64,000 nucleotides of DNA, from NCBI GenBank assembly GCA_030704615.1, contig CM060734.1:56978001-57042000 (forward strand), in the 5' to 3' direction. This stretch comes from Takakia lepidozioides (Eukaryota > Plantae > Bryophyta). The notes under the pieces were generated by a model. The model was not told the DNA's origin. It searched no databases and saw only the letters and a program-made list of their open reading frames with translations. The first letter of the stretch is position 1. The number at the start of each line of letters is the position of its first letter. Of the stretch, positions 10,573 to 24,023 are shown one piece after another. Both the position numbers and the translations under genes were made by a program.

Positions 10573-13500
10573 AAGGTTGATGTCCCCATCAACGCTTCTT
10601 CCGCTTTTGAGGTCGCCCTTCGAAAGCTGCAACCGCCTCGGATGCGTTTCCCATTTCTGAGGCACGCACCCAGATGCCTCCACATGATGATAGCCCTTCC
10701 ATTTGACGAGATACTCCGTTTCTCGGTTCCTGAACCACCTCGACTTAAGTATTGCCTCCACCTCGTACTCAGGTTCATTTTCATGATCCAACAGCATAGG
10801 TGGCGGACGCAACACTTGATGCCGATTCGGACGCGCTTCATCTTTGAAGTAAGGCTTCAAAAGGGAGACGTGGAATACTGGATGCACCTTGCTGTTTGCC
10901 GGCAGCTCCAATTCATACACATCCTCATTCATAACCTTCCGGATGTGAAAGGGTCCCGCATACGGAGGTACGAATTTTGGACTCACTTCCGGAGGTAGTC
11001 GAAAATTCTTGATGTTCAACCAGACCTCCGTGCCTGCCTCAAACTTCACTTCCCTCCGCTTCCGAATCGCCTGCCTTTCATACCATTTCCTAGCTTTGGC
11101 AATGTTGTACTTTGCGAGCTTCAACAAACGCGAGCGTTCTTCCAGTACCACCGCTACTGCCGGTTCCTCAACGTCCTGGGCGGCCCAACTTGTCGGCACC
11201 AGAGGTGCTTTTCCATAGACCAATACGAAAGGGGAAACTCCCGTTGCGGAGTGTTCTGTGTTATTATAACAGAACTCTGCCGCGTCTAAGTGTTCCACCC
11301 GGTCTGTTTGGTCTGCCGACACGTAATTCCGCAAGATCTGCTTCACTACAGAATTCACTCTTTCTGTTTGGCCGTCGGTCGTAGGTCGGAAGGCGGTGCT
11401 CATCTTCAGCCTCGTCCCCATCTTATCGAAAGTGCCCTCCAAAATTTACTCGTAAACTTTGGATCGCGGTCCGAGACAATATCCTTCGAGACTCCATGAT
11501 GCTTTAAGACGTGGGCGAAGTAAAGTCGCTCTGTTTCCTGCGCCGTTGCCGTCTCCTTGGTGGGGATGAAATGACCCATTTTACTGAACCTATCCACCAC
11601 CACCATGATTGCATCGAATCCTTTTGACAGCGGCATAGCAGTCATGAAATCCATCGAGACGCTTTCCAAAGTCCCCTCTGGAATCGGCAAGGGTTGTAGC
11701 AGCCCCGCTTGCTTTTTGTACTCGCTCCGGTTTTGTTGGCATGTGGTGCATGTCTTGACATACTCCTCTGCCTCCTCCCTCAGTTTGGGCCAGAAATACT
11801 CTTTCTTCAAGAGTGCCGCAGTGCGCTTGGCTCCGCCGTGGCCCGCAAGCGGGCTATCATGGCATTCTCTCAAGAGGCTATCTCTGATCCCTCCCTTCGG
11901 CACGTAGAGACGTTTTTGCTTATACCGGAGCAGTCCATTTTGCAAGTGGAACTGCGATTTAACCCCCATCCTCAAGTTCGGCATCACGGACTTCGCCAGC
12001 TCATCCTTCCGGCAAGCCTTCCGGATCTTCCTTTGGAGCGCCGTCTCGCCCCTGTACACCAACAGGAGCTGTTGCTTTCTACTTAAAGCATCGGCCACCA
12101 CGTTGTCTCGTCCCGGTTTGTACTAGATATCCACGTCGAACACCGCCAAAGTATCTTGCCACCTAAGTTGTTTTGGGGACAACTTGGGCTACGTGGCAAA
12201 ATACTTCACCGTATCATTGTCCGTGAACACCTTCACTGGGTTGGAACCAACATAGTGGCGCCAAAGCTCAAGACAATGCACCACTGCCTTCATCTCTTTC
12301 TCGTGCGTCGGCCACCGTCGCTCCACTTCGTTCAGTTTCTTACTTTCGTAAGCCACTGGATGTCCATCTTGCATCAGTACACCCCCAATCGCAAAGTCCG
12401 ACGCATCTGTATGAATCTCGAACGGCCGATCGAACTCCGGGATTTTCAAGACTGGAGCTTCCCCCATTCGCTGCTTCAATTCAGCAAAAGCTTGGCCACA
12501 CAAGGTGTTCCATACCCAGACTTTGGATTTACACAGAAGGTCTGACAACGGACCCGCGATCTTGGCAAAATTTCTCACATACTTCCGGTAATAAGAGGCG
12601 AGTCCTAGGAAGGATCGCACTCCCGGGACCGAAGTCGGAGGCTCCCAGTCCAAGATCGCCCTCACCTTTCTGTCATCCATTTTGATCCCATCCTGTGTAA
12701 TCACATGCCCCAGGAACTCCACTTTTGTGACCCCGAATTCGCACTTTGAAGCTTTGGCATACAGCTTCCCTTCCCGCAATTTCTGGAACACCCTTTTGAG
12801 GTGCTCCAGGTGCTCCTCCTTTGTTTTCGAATACACCAAGATGTCGTCGATGTACACGATCACAAAGTCATCCAACCACTCCTGGAAAAGGCTGTTCATC
12901 AGCGTGCTAAATGTTGCTGGTGCATTGGTGAGCCCAAAAGGCATCACCAAGAACTTATATGAACCATACCTTGTCCTGCACGCGGTCTTCTCATCATCTC
13001 CTTCCGCCACTCGAATTTGATGATAGCCGGAGCGCAGATCGATCCGGCTGAAATACTTCGCTCCTGCCAACCGATCGAAAAGGTCGTCGATCCTTGGCAA
13101 AGGGTACCGGTTTTTGATAGTCACCTTATTCAGAGCCCTGTAATCAACACACATCCGCAGCGTCCCATCCTTCTTGTCTGCAAATAGCACCGGGGCTCCG
13201 TAGGGTGACTTACTCGGCCGGATGTACCCCTTTGACATTAGATCCTTGAGCTGAGTCTTCAGCTTGACCAACTCTCTGTGGCTCAACCGGTAGGGCGCCT
13301 TGGCAGGCGATTCCGATCCCGGTATCACCTCAATCTTGTGGTCAACTCCTCTTCGCGGTGGCAAGCCGCTTGGCAAATCCTCCGGCATCACATCATGGTA
13401 TTTCTCCAAAATCCCCTTGATCCAATCTGGGCTTGGCTCTCCATCGCCTTCTCCCTTCACTTCTCTAATGTAGAGCAAAAACTGGGGCGCGTGTGCCTCC

Positions 13501-14820
13501 TCCACGGCCCACTCCCTTGCTGACAGAAGGTTTATTCGCCCTCTCACGGGTTTGGGCGTTTCCGAAACTCGTAAGACCTCGCCACCATTCCAACATGGCA
13601 ACATGACTACCCTCTTGCGGCCATCTATGACCGCTCCGGATTTGCTCAAAAAGGTCATCCCCAAAATGAGATCCACTCCATCGATCTCGCAGACGGTGAA
13701 GTTCTTACGTCCCTCCCAACTCCCCAGTTGAAGAGGAACATCGAACGCCAACCTCGTCGCCAATTGCGGTTCTCCTTTGGCAGAACGCACCTCAATAGAG
13801 GCCCCTACGTCAGTTGTCGGGAGTCCCAGCTTTTGTGCCGTTGCCGGTGTCATGAAGGAGTGCGACGCTCCTGTGTCCACCAACAATGACACGTTAGTTC
13901 CGGATATTATCCCATCCACGAACAATAACTGACTCCCTTTACGTAAGGCGCCAGTTTCCTGATACAATTCACAAGAAAATTTGCCTACCTTGCAAGTCAT
14001 GGCGACCACCGCTTCCACCAAGCGACTGATGGTATCTTCCGACAGCTCTGTGGTCGCCCGAGTCATGTTCAATTGCCGGGGCTTCGTGCACTTCTTGGCC
14101 ATGTGCCCGGGCTCCCCGCAATTGAAACACACTCCATCAAAGGTCGCCTTCTGTCCGCCATAGGCCGCTCCACCCACTTTTCCTTTTGAAGCACCGGGTG
14201 CCGCCTTGACTTGTGAAGGCCCTCTCTTCGATTTCCACGTGCCATTGTCGCCGCGTGGCCTATCCCACTTCTTTTCCGGTCGGAAGGCGTCATCTTCCCG
14301 CCGGGTCTTCTTGTGGTTCAGCTCCGTACGGCCTTGTCTTTCACCCCTAGGGACATCTGAAAAACATTCCGCCCTCTCAATTGCCTCGTTCAAAGTCTTA
14401 GGTGGCTTCTCCTCCAACTTCCGCCTAGCCCATGGGGCCAGTCCCGCCACAAAGTTGAAGACCATTTCAGGTTCTGCCATGTCCGCGACTTCGAGCAACA
14501 GCACATTGAAAGCCTGGACATATCCCCGAATGTCATCTGTTTGCTTCAAATTCCTCATCTTGTCCCGGGCAAGCCAGGCCGCATTGAGGGGCACAAACTG
14601 CCTTTTCATCAATTCCTTGAACCCACTCCAATTCAAGGTTTCCGGGCTTGGACCTCGGTCGTGAAGGCGTTTCTGCCACCATTGTTGAGCATAGCCCCTC
14701 AAATAGGTGGGAGCCACTTCCACCCGGTCCTCGTCACTCAACTTGGCCGCCCGGAAGTACAGCTCTAGCTCCAGGAGCCAGGTGTTGAGTGCCTTCCGAT
14801 TTCGGCCTGCAAAAGATGCC
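10555..14820 (-). mobile_element. Ty3/Gypsy chromovirus gag-pol (capsid, zinc knuckle, protease, RT, RNase H, integrase, chromodomain), inactivated
   Basis: [14 protein letters not shown] knuckle; [10 protein letters not shown] protease; CVDYRALN and YIDDIL RT; TDASDFAIG RNase H; H-H-C-C zinc finger and SDRDPKF/DGQTER integrase; GPF motif; EYEVEAIL...YLVKWKGY chromodomain. Premature TAG at 12189 and ~12123, frameshift near 11420. Confidence 0.95.
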
Positions 14821-15937
14821 ACGGGCCTCTGCACCTGAGGTCCCCTGTAAGCTCCATGGAACTTGGTCTGGGCAACCTTGCCCCCCTGACCACGCTGTTG
14901 GGCAGTCCCTTGTGCTTGTGGGCTGACAGCTGTGCCCCGTGCAGGCATGTCCTTGCCAAATCCAATTGTAACAACTCGCTCCTCCACCATGTTGAGCTCA
15001 ATCCGCTCAGCCAGCAGAAACACATCTGCTAATGTGGGTTGGGCTGCTTGTAACAGGGTTGCATCTCGCACCCTTCTCTTGAGCTCCTTGTCCAGAATTC
15101 CATACCAAAACTGGATTGCCTGAGCTTCAGTAACCCCTTGGGTCACACTTATCAAGCGCCTCATACGAGTGTATGCCTCTCGCAGGCTCTCACTGGGTTT
15201 GCGCTGGAAGTCTTGCAAACTTCGCAGCTTCTCTGTCCGTACACCTTGGTAGTTCCTCCGCAACTCCTGGAAGAACTCCACCACCGGGTTGAATCTAGGC
15301 ACATGTGTTGTCGTCGTGGCAGGAGGAGTAGTAGCACCTTTTGAACTGGTACCACCTGCAGAAGTACCAGCACTACTTGCTCCACTACTAGTGCTGGCAG
15401 TGGGAGCTATTGGTACTGATGCAGCTACTGGTCGCGTCGTGCCTCGAGTAATGGAGACGTAGTCAGGTGACCAATACATCCTCCACTCCTCAATCTCTGC
15501 TTCATGTCCTCGCCTGAACTCGTGGTAATCGTCCATAGACGGGCCTTCCAAATGCTGGAACAGTCCCTTCCACGCCATGAATGGGGTGAATAGCTGTGGA
15601 TTGCGCATATGCTGCAATCACACCAGCTGTCGAACTCCTGGATAAAGTCATCCAACTCGATTGTGCCCACAGCTCCAGAGTACCTACGAGGCCCCTTGGT
15701 AGCTCCATACATCTCCTCCATGTCGTCCCACAACAATGGCGAATGAAAGTGCACACCTGTTGATGAAGCCTCCGAGTCTGTGTCTGACTCTACAGTAATT
15801 GAGGGTGGCGGTGAAGGTGGTCTGAACCGAATACCTCGTCTTGTGAATCCACTCTCACTGTTACTGCCTGTAGCCGTACTCCCCTCAAAACCCTTGGGTA
15901 ACTCCGTAATGACACTCACAATGTGCACCTCCTCCAC
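14821..15937 (-). mobile_element. Gag of a second, different LTR retrotransposon family, fused in frame to the chromovirus gag-pol
   Basis: [17 protein letters not shown], a frameshift near 15617, then [27 protein letters not shown]...[18 protein letters not shown] (Retrotrans_gag-like major homology region). Confidence 0.75.
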
Positions 15938-16456
15938 GTCACACTATAAGGCTCTAGTACTAATCTAATAGTGACACGGGTGGGCACCTGTTGCAGTTTA
16001 AGGGTCATATCCCAATGGCTCAGGGCACCTGCACCTGCATCCACCGCAAGAACTCCTATGGTTGGCTGGTCATCAACCCAGCCTCACCATAGAAGAAACA
16101 CTGGTGGTCTTGTTGGTCATCACTCCAGCCTCACCACCGACAGCACACTCTAGGATTGACCGGTGATCAAATCCGGCCTAATCCCTATGAAAGCAAGCGC
16201 CCACACAAAACCAACATGGCGCACAGTCAAGCATGCAGGTGTTGGGGGGGATCCAAACACAAGAAATCAAAACATCAACACCCCCACACCAAAATCCAGC
16301 AGCAACGCTGATCCTACAGAATATCCCAGCCCAAAACCCCGGACTGACTGGCCTCCACCAAGAGAGGCTTTGGCAACTACAAGTACAAGGTAATGAAAAT
16401 AGTACAGAGATGGAGGGGAAGAATAGAAGCCCGACCAAGCAAGATCTAATCCTGAT

Positions 16457-17207
16457 CTATGCTATCAACTGCCAGACTTCTCTCAAAGTGCCTCGCTCTG
16501 CATGATGGTAAGGTGTAGGAGGTATATCTATGTCCAGAAACCTGCCACTAACCTTGTCCCAAGCTACAGTAGCTCGCTCTAACCAACCCTCCTCCTCATT
16601 CTGCCAGGTAGAGACAAAGCAACACTCTGCTATCCCCCACTCACTGAACACTAAAGAAAACAAAGGTAGGGTCTGATAGTCTCTCAACTCGAAAGCTTTG
16701 AGACGGTTGCGGGTGTCTTCATTGCGAATGACTGCATCGCCTTCAAACAGAACAAATTTGTCCTCGCTAATGAACCCCCGCTCGTGGTTGCCTTGTGCAG
16801 AGCGTGTCCGGTTGCAACACTGTCTAATTGCACAAACTTGTGCAGCTCCTGCTCCTCTGCTCCAGTACACCACGGCCTTGTGGCTGAACACCTTGGTCCC
16901 CGGGGCTGTCTTTGGTTGTGTTCCAAGCCTAGCTTTCACCCACTTTGGTATTTCACCTACAGCTGCAGAACTGCTGGCTCCAACAGAGTTCTGACTGTCC
17001 AAGGCGATATTGAGGCCCTCAATGCCAATTACAGCAGTCCTGTTGTCTACTGCTAATGCCTGACTCCCAGTATGCAATCAACTCGTCCAACTGTTCTCCA
17101 CTCAAATCAGTCTGAGTTCCTTGGGAAACATAAATCCTGTCCCCTTGTGTGCACAGGCTAAGAGAAGAGACCTGCCCTTCAATTACGTCCTCATTTCCCC
17201 CAGCCAT
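16457..17207 (-). other. Frameshifted extra ORF upstream of gag, probably belonging to the retroelement
   Basis: 206-aa and 62-aa overlapping ORFs co-oriented with gag. No motif recognised. Confidence 0.35.
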
Positions 17208-19393
17208 ACAAGGAGTACATCCACAGATTTGTCTATCATATAGACCAGCACAGGTTCTAGAAACAGAATTGTGGATCTTTCATGGCACACTCACACTCTA
17301 AAAATTCCATAGATTTTTAGCAGAGTCCTAAAAACAAAAACCAGGTCTAGGTAGGTAGATTTCCCCTTTCTGCAGCTATCCCCTCAAAAACTGAGTCAAA
17401 CGGAGCTCCTTTGACAAAGATATGACCAACCAGGCTCTGAATCCTTTAAATTAGATCAAAAGGCTTTTTTTTTTTTTTTTTTTTTATAACACCAAAACGT
17501 TCTCACCATTAAAAACTGTTCCCACGTCTGTTGGGATTCACTGCAGGTTCCCTATTCCATGGTTCCCTAAGAATTCCTTAGATTCTTAACTCAATCTCTC
17601 CACAGTGGAATTACCATGATAAAGGTAATGTCCTCATTGGTATGCCAGATTTTCAAAACGAGAACACCTTGTTGAAGCTGCTGCTATCCATGCCATCTTA
17701 TCGTTGTTGTATGAGAGCCCATGTCTACTGCCCTGTCAGAGTGACCACAACCAGGATGGCTTTCCGCAACCATTCATGTACTGGGCAAATACATATCAAC
17801 CACAGCAATAAGACCATCACGTTCAATTTGTGATTTCCAAGGTGGTGCTAATACCTTCATCGACCATTGGCATATACCCCAAGAGCAGCTTGAAGATCGC
17901 CATAGCAGAGAGGGTTACAGTATACGCTGGTGCTGTAAACGCTCAAGCTCTCCAGGACCTCAAACACCACTCTAAACTGGCTTAGGGTGGTTATAACATC
18001 CCCATGACCAGGGACATGCACAGAACCAAGGCGATGGGATGAAGCTGCCCCATCTTGAGAACACATAGCGGGCTTCCAACTGAACGCAAATCAAAAGGGA
18101 GAAGCTCGGTCTGGTGTACCACTTCAAGGGCCAAGTGATATAATTGGACCTGCACCTGCTGGTGGCTGAAATGCCAAATGTACTACAATGTTTTTTTTTT
18201 CCTTTTTGTCTCACAATTTCTAACTGCAACTCCGGATCAAAGCACCGCTGGTCATGTATGTAGAGCCTCACCTGGTCTTCTTTTGCTAGGCTGCAATGTT
18301 AATATATGAGATCACCCCGTCTCACAAACATTAATGCCGCCACTGTCGCCTAGACCTGATGCAAGACCTGATCGCAAAGCAGGCTACGCGGCTGGTCCTT
18401 CCCTGTGTACATCTATCTCAAGTCACACACGCCGCATCTCATGCTTCTACTGCTGATCAGCTTTTCCTTGCTGGACAGCAGCTTACGCACTTGCTAGAAA
18501 ATCTAGCCTGACCCTGTCCATCCATTTGCTAAGATAAGAAAGCTTGCTTCCTCGCAATGTACAGCTAGACAACCTCACATCAACCAGCCCACAACTACTC
18601 CTTCATAGTGGCTGGCTATAGTCCAATTTGACAGTGTACTTGAAAAACGGGCTGTGTTTCTTGTCTTTCCACACCCACTCCCCGGAATCAAATTGGCGAA
18701 GGTAACTGGTGCCTGAAGGAACCAATGCAGGAAGGGGTTGGTGTGTAGGCCGTTCACGAGAGAAGGGTTCACCTGGCCTATTACTAAGCAGAAAACCCTG
18801 ATAGCATAGTATGGATTTTCCGGAATGTCAGCAAAGATTGGCCCGAAAAGGGAACCTGAGGGCCTGACCTTGAACTTCCAACCCTGCAGCAAATGGCCAT
18901 TGTGAGAGACAGCAAACAATGCAGACTTGCTGCCTTGCAAATCGGAACTAACCCAAGGAAGCCAGTCCCACTCATGCTGGCGGAATATCGCTGGTCACCA
19001 AATCCCAGCCAGCGCTTTACCTTCGGTGGAACAATCCACTCACAAAGAATAGGCAGAGCAGAGCAGAGGAGAGGCTAGAGCAGAGGCTGATAGGTGGCAG
19101 ACCTCCTAGCTCTCCAGCAGCCCGTCGTAGGTTGAACCTTCCACCCTGAGCCTAGCATGCTTGAAGAAGGGCGGGAATCTTCCAGCTCACTCCTTCTTCC
19201 TAGCCTCTACCAGCACCAGCGCAGGTATAAAACGGCTGTTAAGTAATGCTCAGCAGCCACCTGCAGTTGAGATAACATCAACTGCACCTTCTCCAATTGG
19301 GTTTATCAGCAACCTCATTTCCATTCGGCTGTGGCTCGACCTACTGTCGACTGCGAAAAACCATCGGATGCGCTGCAACACTACATCCCGAGC

Positions 19394-19520
19394 TTAGTCG
19401 AAAAGACTGAAACCCATGTCATCATCAGACTCCTCCTTCGCTTCCTCCTTTTCTCCGGCAGGTGCAGCAGCAGCACCTCCACCAGAGGAAGCCACCACAA
19501 CCAGGGATGACGCCACCCCA
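19394..19520 (-). pseudogene. Captured C-terminal fragment of a 60S acidic ribosomal P protein (P1/P2 type)
   Basis: ...VVVASSGGAAAAPAGEKEEAKEESDDDMGFSLFD* is the conserved P-protein C-terminus. The N-terminal domain is absent. Confidence 0.85.
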
Positions 19521-20884
19521 AACTGTTTGCACTTCGTGATCCAGCCACTCCCGACTGTTTTGGGTCCGAATCCAAAAGTTTACACGAGTCTCGTCTCCCT
19601 CCGTCCTAGTGAAAGAGAGTAGGGAAGCCAACTATCAAAGTCTTCAACCTCCACACCTCTTGGTTTTCAAACTCACGAGCAGAGACGACAACTAAATCTG
19701 CGCGCACAACCCATAGAAACAGCAGGGCCAGATGGACTCCCGCCCCAAGATATATATTATAATAATGCTAAAACAAACATTGTATCTAGCTTAGCACCAG
19801 CACACTAGATAACGCTCATCTCTCTCGAGTGATAAACAAGCTAAAAAGGACACACACTCTCAACACAAGAAATATGAAATCCATCGCTATCACTCTTTAA
19901 AATAGAAGTCGAGCCAGGGGCACCCCACGCTATGGGGACTCCACCCCACAACAACCTACACTCCCATCATAAGCATGAAGGAGCTCGGTCGCGCAGGCTC
20001 AACTCGAGAGAGATGAGCTGCGCGACTGCCGCTCTCGTGAAGATAAGACGGACCAGGTGTCAAACTAAACTTGACACCTGATTTAACACTTGACCTAAAT
20101 CCAAGTGTTAAATACAAATAACTAGTTTTATTCTAGCTGTTTTCACACTGTGCTTATTTAACTTGACACCATTTCCAAGGCATCCGGTCCTGGGTAGTCC
20201 TGCTTGTTGACCTGGCTATCCCGCTTGTGGGCACATTTTCTCTTCCTCCGACCCCCAGACGATGACCCCGCCCCAGAACTGGAGTTTACAACCCCCGACA
20301 TTGTATATATCTTTGCCCACTACATGGGACAGAACCTCAGAAAACGGCAATGGACGCTCGTGGATGGTATTCCCGTAGTTTCTGCAAAACAACAAGTCAC
20401 CGGATATCCGAAAACGGCAAAATGGTGCTACGACGATTGAACCATGAACAAGGGTGCGGGTCTGACCAATAAAAAACCGACAAAACCTCTCTCTCTCTCT
20501 CTCTCTCTCATCCCCCCCCCCAAAAAAAATAATCATCTTCGCACCTCCCGTTGGCAGTGCTAAGCAACAAAGTCCGAGATGACTATAGGATGCCAAGAAA
20601 CCCTACCACGAGAGAGGCAAAAGTGATCACAAAGGGAGGGGGAATGGTTTATATAGCCCGGCCCACACCCCCCCCCCAAAAAAAAAACCATTATGTTCGA
20701 AAAGGCGCGACAAGCCAATCATCCATCGTCAAGTGTTAGCGCGGCGCGACTGGCCAATCACGCATCGCCACGCCTACCCACATGGGAGAGGTCAAGGGTT
20801 CAAAACCACCTGGGCCCTTTCCTCTTCCATTTCTCTCGCTTTCCCTGACCCGTGGCGCCGCCGCTTGATGATTTATAAAAAAAA

Positions 20885-22004
20885 ACGACCGCCACACGGC
20901 GGGTCGCTAGATTTCCAAAAAAACAAAAAAACACGCGACCGCTGCATGGCGGTCGCTATATTAAAAAAATAAAAAAGAGCGACCGGGTCGCTGCATTATT
21001 TTAAAATAACATTAAATAAGCGTCCGCCATATGGCGGTCCCTATATTTGTTTGTTAAAGAAAAAAACGACCGCCACATTTTTTGAGAATATATTAAATAA
21101 GTGACCGCCAAACAGCGGTCGCTTTATTTAAGAATCAAAAAACAAATAAACGACCGCTGCCATATGGCGGTCACTATATTTTTAATTTAAAAAAAGAGCG
21201 ACTGCCACATGGCGGATGCTGATTTTTTTTAAATATATTAAATAAGCAACCGCCAAACGGCGGTCGCTTTATTTAAGAATCAGAACAAAAACAAGCGGCT
21301 GCTGCGAAATGGCGGTCGCTACATTTAGAAAGAAAACAGAAAAGAGCGACTGCCACATGGCGGTCGCTGCATTTTTAAAAATATGTTAAAAAAGCGACCG
21401 CCAAACGGCGGTCATTTAATTTAAGAATAAAAATTAAAATATACGACCGCCAGTGAATGGCGGTCACTGCATTTTTAAATTATAGTAAAGAAGTGACCGC
21501 CGCTTGTTTTAAGAAACAAAATAAAAAGAAGCGACCGTCACTTGGCGGTCACGAAATATTTTTAATATACAAAAACGAGCGACCGTCGATGTGGCGGTCG
21601 CTTCATTTCTTAAAAAACCCTAATTAGGAAAAAACAGTGACTACCGCACGGCCCTTGCTAAATGTTTTAAAAACCCATGTGCCAATGTTTTTATAGCGGT
21701 CGCTTAATTTAAAAAATCAAAACTTACGAGTGACCGCCAATATTGGCGGTCGCTTAATTTATAAAATAATAATTTTCAAGCAACCGCCAATATAGGCGGT
21801 CGCTTAATTTACAATATAATAAATTACAAGAGACCGCCAATATGGGCGGTCGCTTAATTTAAAATTATTAAATTACCGGCGACCGCCAATATTGGCGGTC
21901 ACTTAATTTAACATAAAATTGAATTACAATCGACCGCCAATATGGGCGATTGCTTCATTTAAAAAAATAATAAATTATAAGCGACCGCAAATATGGGCGG
22001 ACGT
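20885..22004. repeat. Array of palindromic GACCGCC-N4-7-GGCGGTC units with AT-rich linkers (~50-bp period), likely transposon subterminal repeats
   Basis: About 20 copies. A ~147-bp higher-order period is visible at 21094/21239/21387 and a regular 50-bp period at 21731-22000. Confidence 0.8.
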
Positions 22005-22499
22005 ATTTTTTAAAAATAATTAATAAATATTAATAATTGGCCACTTTTGTTTTACACCGTGGTTGCCATGTCATTAGAAAGGAGAGAAGTAGATCGTAAA
22101 ACTTAACTGTAAAAAAAAATTACATGGGTAAACGTCCGGATTGGACGTGACGTGACGTCATGACTGTTCAGCGCCACATCACGTCATGAATGATAACTAG
22201 GGTAAACACCAAGAAAAATATCAAACCATGATACAGGATCAAGAGCCCACATTTGCAAGATGGACAAGTTGTCTTCTACTCCAAAGCGCTGCCCCTTCAG
22301 CCTCGCCGTAATCTTATGAAGCCGCGAGCAAACATAGTCGCTGCACCACTATCCACCAACTCTCAAAATCTACAAAACCCTTTTTATGTTGTGGTGAGTG
22401 ACAACAGACTCTTCTAAGGTAGACGAATCCAAGATAGACAGTTTTACTTAGTTCCCATGGATATAATGAACATCACAACATAGAAACAATTTTCATGGA

Positions 22500-22990
22500 T
22501 TAGCAAATTGAAAAGAAGTTTGACCCAATTTTCCCATTGAATTATAGAGATAATATGAAATTGATATGGTTTCTCAAAGTCTGGGACTCGTAGACACCTA
22601 TTTGTGACACGTAGGCCCCCCCCCAAAAGCAAACAGAAATAATCCTATTATGGTTATTTTGTCCTCCAATTCTAATTTTAATTGGTCATAAAGTAGCCAT
22701 GAACACAGCCTTCTATGAATATGGTTAGACCTTAAATGGACATCATTAATGGCCAATGTTGCCAACAGAGTTAAAGTATCAGGCACTGCTACTCTGACCC
22801 TGGCGGCCCCACATGAGGGGGCATTTTTCCAAAATATCCCAGCAAAGATCCCATAAGGCCTAGGCTGAAGACCATCAATTGACCAATCACCATAATAAAT
22901 ATGTTTAGTTAATAGAAGTGGTACTTGATATTGTATTAACCACATGTTGTCTTGAGCGAAACTCGTAGCCCGTTGTCCTATAAATCCCAA
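22500..22990 (-). pseudogene. Highly decayed Gypsy RT/RNase H linker remnant
   Basis: WSIDGLQPRP and LRVPDFEKPYQFH echo the GIxxDP and [13 protein letters not shown] motifs of the element at 12 kb. A 49-bp tandem duplication lies at 22962-23060. Confidence 0.45.
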
Positions 22991-24023
22991 TGATTAACAT
23001 ATGTATAACCCTCGTAGCCCGTTGTCCCATAAATCCCAATGATTAACATATGTATAACCCTCTTAAACCTGTCACATATTCCCCTCAATGTGGTCCCACT
23101 TCCTTAAAGTCACTATAAGGTAGAGACAGTGTCACTTTAAGGTTTGAAAGGCATGCAAAAACATAGGTATCCATCTAAGGTCACTGACCATTTTAGGTAT
23201 GTCTACCTTATGCATGAGAAAAGCTAGCTCAACCACCTTCAAACATCACATACACAATAGAAACCACACATTTTAAGACTTGGCTCCTACACATAATCAC
23301 GCAAGCTCGCACATGTAGGACTTCACTAAACTAAAGACGAAGAGATTGAGTCAAAAAGTGTCCATGACTGTATATCCTATGTAGCTGGTACCACGCATTT
23401 TTCAGCCACTCATATTGTGCCACGTATACAGGTGAGTCATGTTCCCTAGATGTAGTGAAAGATTTTACTAATCAATCAATTATATGCTTCTATTAAGCCA
23501 AAATTTCAAATTATTGTAATGAATACGGAACTGACATTTATTGTTTCAAATTTAGAAATTTATAAGGTCAGATTTATATTGTAGGTTTGGCCATATCTTG
23601 GTCATATGAAACCTCTTTTGACGTAGTTTTTTGGGGAATAGCCAGAGGGCTCACAATTCTATCCATCCACACATCCTTCTACCCAAAATGTATGGATTTT
23701 TCCAAAGTAAATTGGTTTCTTCTGTGATATATGGTCACTTTGAATGTGTGAACTGCTTAAGTATTATTTAAGCCATATATGGTCTTCAGTTGAAATTCCA
23801 AATGTTCATATACATTTGAATTGTTGTACACATTGCTTTGAAACATTTGTCACTACAATTAGCTATTGAAATATCATAAATATCACTTCCAGAGTAACTA
23901 TTACATAATGAGTTTAGTGTCTTGTGAGCAATTCTTAACTATATAGTGAAAATGATAGTGAAAATGACAATGAAACCTCGCTGGTTGGAAATCCCATGAG
24001 GTGTTGTAGTGTTTGCTTTCCGC

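Noticed and set aside
10642-15344. Plus-strand ORFs overlapping the retrotransposon (and similar ones over the PPR and SWIB genes)
   Set aside because: Antisense shadows of real coding frames.
21731-22004. CRISPR-like look: palindromic repeats with intervening sequences
   Set aside because: The spacers are similar to each other, short and AT-rich, there are no cas genes, and the context is eukaryotic. It is a tandem repeat.
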